NCBI GenBank assembly: GCA_963771275.1 | Contig: CAVYSW010000003.1 | Location: 1,728,001 to 1,792,000, forward strand | Source: an uncultured Gemmatimonadales bacterium | GTDB lineage: Bacteria > Gemmatimonadota > Gemmatimonadetes > Gemmatimonadales > GWC2-71-9 | Direction of reading: 5' to 3' | DNA length: 64,000 nt | Part shown: piece after piece, positions 38,617-49,226 of the stretch | Layout of the letters: every line of letters starts with the position of its first letter | Numbering within the stretch: the stretch's first letter is position 1 | Program-made: the position numbers and the translations under genes | Notes under the pieces: generated by a model | The model's input: the letters and a program-made list of their open reading frames with translations, nothing else | The model's database searches: none | What the model was told of the DNA's origin: nothing

Positions 38617-39849
38617 TCAGTGCCGCAGGCACTCGACCGGATCGAGCGCCGCCGCGCGCCGGGCCGGGAAGAATCCGGCGAGGACGCCGATCCCCGCGAG
38701 CAGCACGAGGGTCACGAGGATCACGACCGGCGAGATCGTCGGCGTGCCGACGAAGTCCTGCATCGGGACGAGGCCCAAGAGCTTGACGATGCCCCACGAG
38801 CCGACGAAGCCGAGCACGGCGCCGACCCCCACGACCATCAGGCTCTCGGCGAAGAACTGGGCGAGGATGGTGCGGCGGGTGGCGCCCACCGAGCGCTTGA
38901 GGCCGATCTCGCGGGTGCGCTCCTTGACCACGATGTACATGATGTTCGCGACGCCGATGCCGCCCACCGTGAGCGTGAAGCTGCCGACGATGGCGAAGAA
39001 GGCGTTGAAGGCGAGGAACAGGTAGCTGAACTGCTGCTCCCAGTAGGACGTGTCCCACACCTGGAGGGCGTCGGTGTCCTTGGGATCGAAGGTGTAGCGG
39101 CGTCCCAGCGTCTCGTAGACACGACGCTCGACGTCCTTCGCGATTTCGGGCCCAGTCAGGCGGTAGACGAAGTCGGCGACCCAGCGATCGCCGAACAGGG
39201 CGACGTGCGTGCTCGCCGGGATGAACACGCGGTCCTTGTCGCGGCCGTTGTAGGACGAGTTCTGCGTCTTGGGGCGCATCACCCCGACCACCGTGAACGG
39301 CGTCTGGCCGAGGAAGATCTGGCCGCCGACGGGGTTCGCGGTGCCGAACAGCAGGGTCGCGAGCTCGTCCCCCAGCACGGCGACGCGGCGGCGCTCGTCG
39401 AGGTCCCGCTGATTGAGGAACCGGCCGCCCGTGTCGGCGATGATGTTGCGCATGTCGCCGTAGACGGGGTAGACGCCGGTGATGTTCGGGTTGGCGGACT
39501 TGGTCCCGCGCCGCACCGGCGTGCGGCGGTTGCTGTACTCGGGGCTCAGACTCACGATCTCGGGAATCTGGCGCTGGAGCAGAGGGCCGTCGTCCTCGCG
39601 CAACTGGATGTAGCGGCCTTCCGGGAACCCCTCGAAGCTGATGGTCGTCCGGCCGCCGAACAGGATCACGATGCGGTCGCCCAGCCCGTGGAACCGCTTG
39701 CGCGTCTGGCGCTCGAGGCCGACGCCGAACGCCAGCAGCACGACGACCGCGATCGTCCCCCACGCGATGCCGAGCACCGTGAGGGTGGTGCGCAGCCGTT
39801 GCGCCTTGAGGTCGGCCACGAACTCGCGGAACGCCGTGCCGAGCTGCAT
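38617..39849 (-). CDS. MacB/FtsX-like ABC permease
   Basis: GGIGVANIMYIVVKERTREIG, PARRAAALDPVECLR. Confidence 0.92.
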   Translation of the reverse strand: MQLGTAFREFVADLKAQRLRTTLTVLGIAWGTIAVVVLLAFGVGLERQTRKRFHGLGDRIVILFGGRTTISFEGFPEGRYIQLREDDGPLLQRQIPEIVSLSPEYSNRRTPVRRGTKSANPNITGVYPVYGDMRNIIADTGGRFLNQRDLDERRRVAVLGDELATLLFGTANPVGGQIFLGQTPFTVVGVMRPKTQNSSYNGRDKDRVFIPASTHVALFGDRWVADFVYRLTGPEIAKDVERRVYETLGRRYTFDPKDTDALQVWDTSYWEQQFSYLFLAFNAFFAIVGSFTLTVGGIGVANIMYIVVKERTREIGLKRSVGATRRTILAQFFAESLMVVGVGAVLGFVGSWGIVKLLGLVPMQDFVGTPTISPVVILVTLVLLAGIGVLAGFFPARRAAALDPVECLRH

Positions 39850-39853
39850 CGGC

Positions 39854-40951
39854 CTACTTGATCTCGCGGGGCGGGGGCTCGACGAGCCGGTCGCCGTCGG
39901 CCAGCCCCTCGAGCACCTGGACGTTGATCGCGTCGCTCAAGCCCAGCTTGACGACGCGCTCCTCGCGCCGGCCGTCGGGAAGCAGCACGGTCACGCGGGC
40001 GGTGTCGCCCGTCATCGTGACGACGCGCTCGGGGATCGTGAGCACGCTGTCGCGCCGCTCGACGATCACGTCGGCGTTGGCGGAGTAGCCGGCGCGCAGC
40101 GTGGTCCCGTGGGTTTCCGTCAGCGCGATCTCGACCGGAAAGACGGTCGCGTTGTTCTCGGTCTTGGCCTTGAGCGAGATGCGGGTGAGCCGGCCTGCGA
40201 TCTTGGCGTCGGGCTGCGCGCCGATCTTGAGCTCGACCGGCATGCCCTCGTGGAGGCGGCCCACGTCGATCTCGTCCACCGTGCCGCGGAACATCAGGGT
40301 CGTCATCTCCGCCATCTTGATCAGGGCGGTGCCTTCCTGATACGTGCTGAGCGGAACGACCGGGTCGCCCACCTCGACGGCGTACTCGAGGATGTAGCCG
40401 TCGATCGGAGAGCGGATCACCGTCTCGAGGGCCCCCCGGCCGGTGTCAATCCGCCCCTCTTCCATGAGCGAGAGCCGCTCGGCGGCGATCTGGCGCTGGA
40501 TCTGGACCTGCTCGAACCGCTGCTTCGTGGCCAGGTAGTCCTGCTCCGACACCAGCCCCTGCGTGCGCAGGGTCTCGTTGCGATCGAGCTCGAGCCTGAG
40601 GTTGTTGACCTCGAGGTCGCGCAGCTGGATCTGGCGGCGGGCATCGGCGAGCTCGAGCGGGGTCGGCGTCGGCTTGATCTCGATGAGCGGGGTCCCGGCG
40701 CGCACGAACGCCCCCTCCTCGGCAAAGCGCCGCTGGACGACGCCGCTGACCTGCGACTTGACGCTGATCTCGACCTCGGGCTCGATCGTGCCGACCGCGA
40801 GGGCCTTGTCCACGATGCTGGCCCGTGTGACGGTCACCGTCTTGAGCGAGGCGTCGTCTCCCTTGCCGCCGGCGGCGCGGAGGGCCGACACGCCACCCAC
40901 GACGACGGCGACGGCGACGATCCCCAGGATGATCTTGGTACGGCGCTTCAT
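39854..40951 (-). CDS. MacA-like periplasmic adaptor (membrane fusion protein)
   Basis: N-terminal TM, VKSQVSGVV, IRSPIDG, VDEIDVG, GLADGD. Confidence 0.92.
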   Translation of the reverse strand: MKRRTKIILGIVAVAVVVGGVSALRAAGGKGDDASLKTVTVTRASIVDKALAVGTIEPEVEISVKSQVSGVVQRRFAEEGAFVRAGTPLIEIKPTPTPLELADARRQIQLRDLEVNNLRLELDRNETLRTQGLVSEQDYLATKQRFEQVQIQRQIAAERLSLMEEGRIDTGRGALETVIRSPIDGYILEYAVEVGDPVVPLSTYQEGTALIKMAEMTTLMFRGTVDEIDVGRLHEGMPVELKIGAQPDAKIAGRLTRISLKAKTENNATVFPVEIALTETHGTTLRAGYSANADVIVERRDSVLTIPERVVTMTGDTARVTVLLPDGRREERVVKLGLSDAINVQVLEGLADGDRLVEPPPREIK

Positions 40952-40984
40952 GGCGGACGATTCCGGATGGATGGCGATTTTCCC

Positions 40985-41010
40985 TACGGGTCCCCCCGCC
41001 CGGATGTTTC
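40985..41010 (-). promoter_or_regulatory. Candidate ECF-sigma promoter for the MacAB-like operon
   Basis: GAAAC-N17-CGTA on the minus strand about 35 nt upstream of ATG 40951. Confidence 0.45.
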
Positions 41011-41078
41011 GCCCGTCCGGCGTGCCCGATGACAGGTGCCGTCCGCCCCGGTACAATCCGGGAAAGGAGGTCGTGTCC

Positions 41079-43217
41079 ATGAACCCCATCGCGCTCGTCG
41101 TGCTGGTGCTGGCGCCCGCCGGCGGGCCTGCCACCGCGCCCTGCATGGAAGCCGCGTTACCCGAGATCCGGCGTGCCGCCACCCGGGCCGATTCCATCGC
41201 GCTCGCCGAACGCTACCTGCGGGAGCCGCCCGGCGGTGACCAGGCCTGCGGCCAGGTACTGGCCGGCTTTCTCCTGGGGATGACCTCGACGCCGGCGGAG
41301 GACGACTGGCAGCATCGCCAGCGGGCGGGTGACATGATTACCGCCGCGTTGCGCAGCGCGCCGAACGAAGGGCGGCTCTACCTGGCGCTCGGCGTGACGC
41401 TGTACGCGCGCCAGAGCCGGGTGGATGCGACGCGCGCGCTCGACCGTGCGCTGCAGCGGCAGGAGAGCGGGGTTCCGCTCACGCCGCGCGAGGTCGCCCT
41501 CGTCCACTACCTGCGGGGCCTGATCGCGCAGGACCAGTGGCGCGATTGGCGGAGCTACGGCGAGCTCAAGACCACCGGGGAGGGACAGTGGCGCTGCTCG
41601 TCCGACGAGGCCGGCGGGCAGGAGAACTTCACCAGCTCGGCGACCGACCTCACCTGGCTCATTCCGGTCAACCAGATGTGTCCCGAGCGCTTCGCCGAGA
41701 ACATGGCGGTCTACTTCGGCGATCGGTCCGCCATGAAGCGCGACGAGCTGCGCGATCTGGAGACCGAGTTCACGGCGGCGATGACCACCGACTCGACCTA
41801 CGTCGAGCCGGTCGAGGCCCTGCTGGGCGAGTGGGTCTACCTGCGCGACTGGGATCGCGCGCGCCCGGTCGCCGAGCAGCTGGTGCGTCGACTGCCGGAG
41901 GACTACCGGTCCCATCTCTACCTCGGACTCGTCTACCACGAGACGGGCCGCGACTCCGCGGCTGCGATGGAGTTCGGGCGGGCTTCGCGCTTCATGCCCG
42001 ACAGCGTGGCCGCGGTGATCAACGACGTGGTCGGGCTGCTGCGCCCCGAGCAGGTCACGGCGCTCAACGCACTCGACAGCGCAGGCCAGGCGATGGCGGT
42101 GGCCGCGCTGTGGAGCTCGCTCGACCCGCTGTTCCTCACGACCACCAACGAGCGGCGGGTCGAGCACTACGCGCGCATCGCGGCCGCGAACCTGATGTTC
42201 GGATCGACGGCGGAACGCGAGCCGGGCTGGCACACCTTTGCCGGACGCATCTGGGTACGGTACGGGCGGCCCAAGCACATCTGGGAGCTGTCGGCGCCGG
42301 CGGGCCGCGTCGTGTTCTGGGACTACGGGCGCGGGCCCGACGTGAGCTTCACGCGGGGGACGGCGTACCGCGGCTACCGGCCGACCGACGAGGCGGTCCA
42401 GTACGCCAACGCCCTGTCGCGGGTGTCGCCGCAGACGTACGACGCGTCGGGCCTGTTCGACACGACCATGACGCTGCAATCGCAGGTCGCCCGGATGCTC
42501 GGTCCCTCGGGCAAGCCGCAGCTGCTGGCGTACGGGCAGTGGCCCGACAGCCTGGGGGAGGGCGCCGAAGCCGGCCTCATGCTGCTCGACCTCACGTACC
42601 AGCCGGTGGCCCAGTGGCGGGGCCGGACCGCGGACCGCCCCGGGCTGAGCGCCGAGCTGAACGGCATGGCGGCGGGGAGCTACTCCCTGACGCTCGAGGT
42701 CTGGGACCACGTGCGCGCGCGGCTGTACCGGCTGCGGGACACCGTCAGCACGCTGCCGATCGAGGACTCGACGTTCGTGGTGTCGGACCTGCTGCTGGTC
42801 GGGGACGTCACGTCGCAGCGGGGCGACGATGTGACGAGCCGGCGCGACCTCACGTTCACCCCGCTGTACGGGGGCATCGCGCCGCGAGGCGCCCCCGTCG
42901 GCCTCATATGGGAGGTGTACCACCTCACCGGCCCGGCGGAGGGGCGCGTGCGCTATCGGGTGGTGCTGGAGGTGCTCGACGCGGGTCGCCAGCCGGTGTT
43001 CGCCGGGGTGCTGCGCGGGGTCGGGCTCAAGGGGGGGCAGCGGCCGGCGAGCCGCATCGCCTACGAGACGTCACGGCCGATGGTGGATCGGCGGGCGGTC
43101 GAGTGGCTGGAGCTGACCAGCGATCTCAAGCCGGGCGAGTATCGCCTCGTCATGCACCTGATCGATGCGGAGAGCGGGCGGGAGGTCGTCCGCGAGCGGC
43201 GGCTGAAGGTGCGATGA
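41079..43217 (+). CDS. Secreted TPR plus GWxTD-domain protein
   Basis: AAAGGAGG RBS, signal peptide, DPLFLT..NERRVEHYARI...PGWHTFAGRIWVRYGRP, VSDLLL. Confidence 0.78.
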   Translation: MNPIALVVLVLAPAGGPATAPCMEAALPEIRRAATRADSIALAERYLREPPGGDQACGQVLAGFLLGMTSTPAEDDWQHRQRAGDMITAALRSAPNEGRLYLALGVTLYARQSRVDATRALDRALQRQESGVPLTPREVALVHYLRGLIAQDQWRDWRSYGELKTTGEGQWRCSSDEAGGQENFTSSATDLTWLIPVNQMCPERFAENMAVYFGDRSAMKRDELRDLETEFTAAMTTDSTYVEPVEALLGEWVYLRDWDRARPVAEQLVRRLPEDYRSHLYLGLVYHETGRDSAAAMEFGRASRFMPDSVAAVINDVVGLLRPEQVTALNALDSAGQAMAVAALWSSLDPLFLTTTNERRVEHYARIAAANLMFGSTAEREPGWHTFAGRIWVRYGRPKHIWELSAPAGRVVFWDYGRGPDVSFTRGTAYRGYRPTDEAVQYANALSRVSPQTYDASGLFDTTMTLQSQVARMLGPSGKPQLLAYGQWPDSLGEGAEAGLMLLDLTYQPVAQWRGRTADRPGLSAELNGMAAGSYSLTLEVWDHVRARLYRLRDTVSTLPIEDSTFVVSDLLLVGDVTSQRGDDVTSRRDLTFTPLYGGIAPRGAPVGLIWEVYHLTGPAEGRVRYRVVLEVLDAGRQPVFAGVLRGVGLKGGQRPASRIAYETSRPMVDRRAVEWLELTSDLKPGEYRLVMHLIDAESGREVVRERRLKVR

Positions 43218-43220
43218 AAG

Positions 43221-43310
43221 GCTCAATGCTCAATGTTCAGTGTTCAATGTTCAATGTCCAGGTAGTTGAGCATTGAGCATTAAGCATTGAACATTGAGCC
43301 TTGAACATTG
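43221..43310. repeat. Inverted arrays of heptamer (TCAATGY)n between convergent genes; probable bidirectional terminator hairpin
   Basis: gctcaatgctcaatgttcagtgttcaatgttcaatg facing ttgagcattgagcattaagcattgaacattgagcc. Confidence 0.8.
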
Positions 43311-43311
43311 C

Positions 43312-44328
<1,017 letters not shown>

Positions 44329-44364
44329 GAACCCTCCTGGGTGAGCCCGCTGCGCCCCCCGTGG

Positions 44365-44389
44365 TACGCTCACGGAGCTGGGAAGTTGC
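44365..44389 (-). promoter_or_regulatory. Candidate ECF-sigma promoter for moxR
   Basis: GCAAC-N16-CGTA on the minus strand about 36 nt upstream of TTG 44328. Confidence 0.45.
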
Positions 44390-44531
44390 GGGGGCCATGG
44401 GATCCTGCTCGAGCGGCGCCGGGCCGCCGCGGTCGCGCGGTTGGGCGCCGAATCCTAACCTCAGGCGGCGGGATGGGGCCACCGCGCGGTTGCTTGCGAA
44501 ACTTTTCACAAGAGGTACATTTCGGCGGCCT

Positions 44532-44783
44532 ATGGACCCCACAAAAGGGCCGGGCCGCGAGCTGAGTGAGGCCCACGGACTGGCCACGCTTGGATATACG
44601 TTTGGGGCTGCCGTTGTCGTCTTCACGGGGATCGGCTGGCTGCTCGACCGGTGGCTGGGCACGATTCCGGTCTTCACGGTCGTCACCGCGCTCGTCGGCG
44701 CCGTTTTGGGGTTCCTGAGCGCCTATTTCCGCATCCGCCAGGCCACGGAGGCCGAGCAAAAGCGGAAGCGACAGGGCCGATGA
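44532..44783 (+). CDS. atpZ: AtpZ/AtpI-family two-TM protein
   Basis: GIGWLLDRWLGT.P motif at the head of the atp operon. Confidence 0.8.
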   Translation: MDPTKGPGRELSEAHGLATLGYTFGAAVVVFTGIGWLLDRWLGTIPVFTVVTALVGAVLGFLSAYFRIRQATEAEQKRKRQGR

Positions 44784-45124
44784 TCGTCGCGGGCCTGGGT
44801 GGTATCGGACTGACCGCGTTGGTGACGGCGATCCTCGTCCTGGCCTGGGGACGTGAAGCGCTTCTCCCGGGCGTGGCGTTCGGGCTGCTGGCGACGGTGA
44901 TCCAGGTGGTCTCCGCCGCGCTGGTGGGACCCGCGGCCAAGGGGGAGTTCAAGCGCTTGATCCGGCGCTGGGCGATGGGGATGGGGCTGCGGGTCGCAGG
45001 GATCGCCGTCTTTGGGGTGGCGGTCTGGGTCCGGCGGGACCTGTTCCCGCCGCTTCCCTCGGCCTTCGGATACCTGGGGGTGGTCGTCCCCCTGCTGTTC
45101 ATGGAGACGCGATTTCTCAAATGA
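44780..45124 (+). CDS. atpI: ATP synthase protein I-like, four TM
   Basis: Four hydrophobic helices, ATGA-coupled between atpZ and atpB. Confidence 0.65.
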   Translation: MIVAGLGGIGLTALVTAILVLAWGREALLPGVAFGLLATVIQVVSAALVGPAAKGEFKRLIRRWAMGMGLRVAGIAVFGVAVWVRRDLFPPLPSAFGYLGVVVPLLFMETRFLK

Positions 45125-45975
45125 TGCAGGAACCGAACATCGGTGAGATGGTCATGCATCATACGGCCGATGCCTACGCGATCGGCATCGAGCCGTTCTT
45201 CTCGTTCCACTGGAGTCGCTGGCCGGATCTCCACCTCGGGCCGCTGACGGTCAACCTCACGCCGACGAAGCACGCGGTGTTTCTCGTGGTCGCCGCCGTG
45301 CTCGTCTTCCTGACGATGCGCCTCGCGGGCAAGAGCCTCGAGCGCCAGCGCGCGCACGAGAACGCGCCCAAGGGGTTTGCCAACGCGATCGAGGCGATGG
45401 TGCTGTTCGTGCGCAACGACATGGCCATCGCGAACATCGGCCCGGACGGGGCGAAGTACGCGCCGTACATCATGGCGCTGTTCTTCTTCATCCTGTACGG
45501 CAACGTGATGGGGCTGATCCCCCACGCGGCGACCCCGACCGGGAACCTGGCCGTCACCAGCGCCCTTGCCCTGCTCACCCTCGGCGTCGTGGAGATCGGC
45601 GGGCTCGTGAAGCTCGGCCCGAGAGGGTACCTGCATACGATCTTCCCGCAGGTCTCCGGGCTGTCCGGGCCGTGGGCCGTGGCCCTGCCGATCATCATGG
45701 CGCCGATCGAGGTGATCGGCAAACTGGTGAAGCCGTTCGCGCTGGCCGTCCGTCTGTTCGGCAACATGACGGCCGGGCACTTCGTGATCCTGTCGCTGTT
45801 CGGGGTGATCTTCATTTTCGGCCGGGCGCACGGCTGGAACTGGGGCATCGGTGGGCTCACCGCGTTGCTCGTCGTCGGCGTGATGTGCCTGGAGCTGTTC
45901 GTGGCGCTGCTGCAGGCGTACGTGTTCGCCCTGCTGTCGGCCGTGTTCATCGGGCTGATGCAGCACGAGCATTGA
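45121..45975 (+). CDS. atpB: ATP synthase F0 subunit a
   Basis: KPFALAVRLFGNMTAGH, LELFVALLQAYVF. Confidence 0.97.
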   Translation: MMQEPNIGEMVMHHTADAYAIGIEPFFSFHWSRWPDLHLGPLTVNLTPTKHAVFLVVAAVLVFLTMRLAGKSLERQRAHENAPKGFANAIEAMVLFVRNDMAIANIGPDGAKYAPYIMALFFFILYGNVMGLIPHAATPTGNLAVTSALALLTLGVVEIGGLVKLGPRGYLHTIFPQVSGLSGPWAVALPIIMAPIEVIGKLVKPFALAVRLFGNMTAGHFVILSLFGVIFIFGRAHGWNWGIGGLTALLVVGVMCLELFVALLQAYVFALLSAVFIGLMQHEH

Positions 45976-46243
45976 GAAGGCAGAATGCTCAATGGTCAAG
46001 GCTCAAGGGTGCGGAAGGGCGGAGAGGCAGAGGAGAGGGGCAGAGGGGTAGGGAGAAGGACATAAGGGGCGGCCCGGGCGCTTCGCGCCGCTCCGTACGT
46101 ACCCGGTCGAATGACCGGAGAAGCCCGCCGGCCCGAGGCCGAGGGCGGGTCACCCATCGCACGGGATCGCCGGGAGACGGTTCCGGGCGCGGGAAGCGCG
46201 ACACGAGCACGTCATCTCCCGCCGGAACGAGGGAGCTTCGAGT

Positions 46244-46564
46244 ATGCTGAGCGTCTTGCAGGCGGTGCAGGATACGGTCGCGCACATGGGCGCGGCTGCG
46301 GACTCGGTGACGCAGGCGGCGACTGCCGCCGGGATGAGCATCGGCGACGGGCTGGCGCTCCTGGGAGCGGGGCTGGGGTTGGGGTTGATCCTGATCGGCG
46401 CGGGCATCGGCCTGGGCCGGATCGGCGGTCAGACGGCCGAGGCGATGGCGCGGCAGCCGGAAGCGGGTACGGAGATCCGCGGCGCCACGCTGGTGATCGC
46501 GGTGCTGCTCGAGGGGGTCACGATCATCTCGCTCGTGTTCGCGCTGCTCTTCAAGCTGGCGTAG
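46244..46564 (+). CDS. atpE: ATP synthase F0 subunit c
   Basis: GAGIGLGRIG, ARQPE, LLEGV; N-terminal extension or later start possible. Confidence 0.95.
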   Translation: MLSVLQAVQDTVAHMGAAADSVTQAATAAGMSIGDGLALLGAGLGLGLILIGAGIGLGRIGGQTAEAMARQPEAGTEIRGATLVIAVLLEGVTIISLVFALLFKLA

Positions 46565-46571
46565 CGCGGTC

Positions 46572-47123
46572 ATGGTGATGCCCATGTGGCTGGTGCTCGC
46601 CGCGACCCAGGAGGGCGACTCGGGCTTCTCCTCGCCGTTCGAGGTGAACTTCGGCCTGTTCTTCTGGACCTGGATCGTCTTCATCCTGCTGTTCTTCGTG
46701 CTCAAGCGCTTCGCGTGGCCGGCGATCCTCAAGGCCACCGAGGAGCGCGAGCGCAAGATCGCGCGCCAGTTGAGTGACGCCGAGCGGCTGAACGCGGAAG
46801 CACAGGCGCTGCTGGAGGAGCAACGGAAGCTGCTGGCCGGTGCCCGCCACGACGCGCATCAGCTGTTGCAGGACGCCAAGGTCGCGGCCGAGAAGGAGCG
46901 GGAGCAGATCCTGACGCGCACGCGGCAGGAGCAGGAGCAGGTGCTCGAGCGCGCCCGGAAAGAGCTGCAGGCGGAGCGCGATCGTGCGATCGCGGCGTTG
47001 CGGCGCGAAGCGGTGGACCTGTCGCTCGCGGCGGCGTCGCGGTTGATCGGCGAACGGCTGTCGGCGTCGGCCGACCGTAAGCTGGTGGAGTCGTATCTCC
47101 AGTCGATCGAGGAGCAGCGTTGA
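46572..47123 (+). CDS. atpF: ATP synthase F0 subunit b
   Basis: GLFFWTWIVF...FAWPAIL...EERERKI coiled coil. Confidence 0.95.
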   Translation: MVMPMWLVLAATQEGDSGFSSPFEVNFGLFFWTWIVFILLFFVLKRFAWPAILKATEERERKIARQLSDAERLNAEAQALLEEQRKLLAGARHDAHQLLQDAKVAAEKEREQILTRTRQEQEQVLERARKELQAERDRAIAALRREAVDLSLAAASRLIGERLSASADRKLVESYLQSIEEQR

Positions 47124-47659
47124 GGGAGCCGACGATCGCCCGGAACTACGCCCAGGCGCTGTTCGCGGCCGCTGAGCCGGGTGATCAGACGGAGCGGTTC
47201 GCCGCGGCGCTCGAAGCGCTCGTGGGAGCCGTCGAGGCGGACGAGCGCGTGCGGCAGGCGCTCGACTCGCCGCGGGTGCCGAAGGCGACCAAGATGGCCA
47301 TCGTCGAGCGGGCCCTGGCCGGCTGGGCGCCGAGCCGGTTCGTCCGGTTCGTGGTCGCCGTCGTGCGGCGCGGGCGGCAGGGACTGCTCGGCGCCATCAG
47401 CCGTGAGTACCAGCTGCTGACGGACGTCAAGTTCAATCGCGTCCACGCCGGTGTCACCCTCGCGCGGCCGGCAGACGCCGAGTTCAGGGAAGCGATCCGG
47501 CGCCGTCTGGCCGCCGCCCTCGGCAAGGACGTGGTGCCTCACTTCCATGAGAATCCCGCGCTCCTGGGTGGCGTGCTGCTGCGGGTCGGCGACCGCGTGA
47601 TGGACGGGTCGCTGCGGCGCAAGCTGAAACAGCTGCGGCGACAGATGTTGGGGGGGTGA
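47120..47659 (+). CDS. atpH: ATP synthase F1 subunit delta
   Basis: IARNYAQALF, PALLGGVLLRVGDRVMDGS. Confidence 0.95.
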   Translation: MREPTIARNYAQALFAAAEPGDQTERFAAALEALVGAVEADERVRQALDSPRVPKATKMAIVERALAGWAPSRFVRFVVAVVRRGRQGLLGAISREYQLLTDVKFNRVHAGVTLARPADAEFREAIRRRLAAALGKDVVPHFHENPALLGGVLLRVGDRVMDGSLRRKLKQLRRQMLGG

Positions 47660-47661
47660 GC

Positions 47662-47709
47662 CGGAGCGGCAGAGGCGGCAGAAGCGGCAGCAGGGGCAGA
47701 GGGGGAGCG
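47662..47709 (+). repeat. Purine-rich nonamer (GCGGCAGAR)n
   Basis: ggagcggcagaggcggcagaagcggcagcaggggcagagggg; reverse complement of the 12480-12508 repeat unit. Confidence 0.65.
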
Positions 47710-47773
47710 ATGAGCCCCGGGGATTGCTTCCCGGGGCTCGTCGTTGATGCGCTGTTCACTCACGGGGGGACGC

Positions 47774-48655
47774 ATGGCGGAGACGGTGGGGTTCATCGGG
47801 CTTGGAGCGATCGGGACGCCGATGGCGCGGCACGTTGCACAGCGGTTCCCGGCGGTGGTGTGGAACCGGACGGCGAGCAAGGCGACGGCGTTCGCGGCGG
47901 CGCATGGGGCGACGGCGGCGCCGAGCCCTGCCGCGTTGGTGCGCGCGTGCGGAGTCGTGATCACGTGCCTTCCGACCACCCGCGAGGTGCGGGAGGTGAT
48001 CGAGGCTGCGGGCGGGGCCTGGCGAACGGGACAGCTGCTGATCGACGCGACGTCCGGCGACCCCGCCGGGTCACGAGCCAACGCGGCGTGGCTGGCGGAG
48101 CGGGGTGTGGGATTCGTCGATGCCCCGGTGAGCGGCGGCACGTCGGGGGCGGAGCAGGGCACGCTCACGGTGATGCTGGGCGGTGACGCGGCCTGGGTGG
48201 AACGGGCGCGCCCGTTCGTCCAGGCCTACGCCCGGAAGGTCGAGCACGTCGGCCCGGTGGGCGCCGGGCACGCGCTCAAGGCGGTGAACAACGCCCTGCT
48301 CGCGCTCAACATCGTGGCCGCCGGGGAGGGGCTGGCGGCGCTGGTCAAGCTCGGAGTCTCCGGACGCCGCGCCGTGGAGGTGCTGAACGCGTCGAGCGGC
48401 CGTTCCAACGTGACGGAGAATCTCATCCCGGAGCGGGTGTTGTCGGGCGCGTGGCCCCGCACGTTTTCCCTGGCGCTGCTCGACAAGGACGTGGGGGTGG
48501 CGCTCGCCGTGCTGCAGGACGCCGGCGTGGCGTCGGACACCTATCCCGCGGTGAAGCGCGCACTCGAGGAGGCACGCGCGATCCTCGACCCCGCCGCCGA
48601 CCACGTGGAGGTCATCCGGCGGATCGAGGACCGCGAGGGCGTCACGATCCGGTAG
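47774..48655 (+). CDS. 3-hydroxyisobutyrate dehydrogenase-family oxidoreductase
   Basis: GFIGLGAIGTPMA, FVDAPVSGG, LKAVNN, LLDKD. Confidence 0.92.
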   Translation: MAETVGFIGLGAIGTPMARHVAQRFPAVVWNRTASKATAFAAAHGATAAPSPAALVRACGVVITCLPTTREVREVIEAAGGAWRTGQLLIDATSGDPAGSRANAAWLAERGVGFVDAPVSGGTSGAEQGTLTVMLGGDAAWVERARPFVQAYARKVEHVGPVGAGHALKAVNNALLALNIVAAGEGLAALVKLGVSGRRAVEVLNASSGRSNVTENLIPERVLSGAWPRTFSLALLDKDVGVALAVLQDAGVASDTYPAVKRALEEARAILDPAADHVEVIRRIEDREGVTIR

Positions 48656-48658
48656 CCG

Positions 48659-49207
48659 CTAGAACGTGACCTTGGGCGCCTCGGCGGCGCCGGCTTCCGC
48701 CTCGAAGTACTCGCGCGATCCGGCGCCGATCGCCTTGGCGGTGAGCACCTGCGGAAACGCGCGAATGTAGGCGTTGTACTGCCGGACGGCGTCGTTGTAG
48801 TCCTGGCGCGCCACGGCAATGCGGTTTTCGGTCCCTTCGAGCTGGTCCTGCAGCATCCGGAAGTTCTCGTTCGACTTGATGTCCGGGTTGTCTTCCGCGA
48901 TCGCGATCAGCCGTCCGAGCGACGCGCCGAGCGAGGCATTGGACTGCGCCATGGCCTTGAGGTCGCCGCTTTCGACGGCGCTGTGCACCGCCGCGCGGGC
49001 GTTGGCGAGCTCGGTGAACACCGCGAGCTCCTGCTTGGCGAAGCCTTTGACGACTTCCACCAGGTTGGGCACGAGGTCGGCGCGCCGCTGCAGCTGGACC
49101 TCGATCTGGCTGCGGTAGCCGTTCACCTGCTCGTCCAGCGTCTGGATGCGGTTGTAGCCGCAGCCCGTCAGGGCGACGGCGACGCACAGCAGCACGACTC
49201 GTCTCAT
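48659..49207 (-). CDS. lemA: LemA family lipoprotein
   Basis: LTGCGYN, QRRADLVPNLV, QLEGTENRIAVARQDYN. Confidence 0.93.
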   Translation of the reverse strand: MRRVVLLCVAVALTGCGYNRIQTLDEQVNGYRSQIEVQLQRRADLVPNLVEVVKGFAKQELAVFTELANARAAVHSAVESGDLKAMAQSNASLGASLGRLIAIAEDNPDIKSNENFRMLQDQLEGTENRIAVARQDYNDAVRQYNAYIRAFPQVLTAKAIGAGSREYFEAEAGAAEAPKVTF

Positions 49208-49226
49208 CGGTGCACTCCTTCGAGAG

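Noticed and set aside
43221..43310. CRISPR array
   Set aside because: Seven-nt tandem units with no unique spacers and no cas genes
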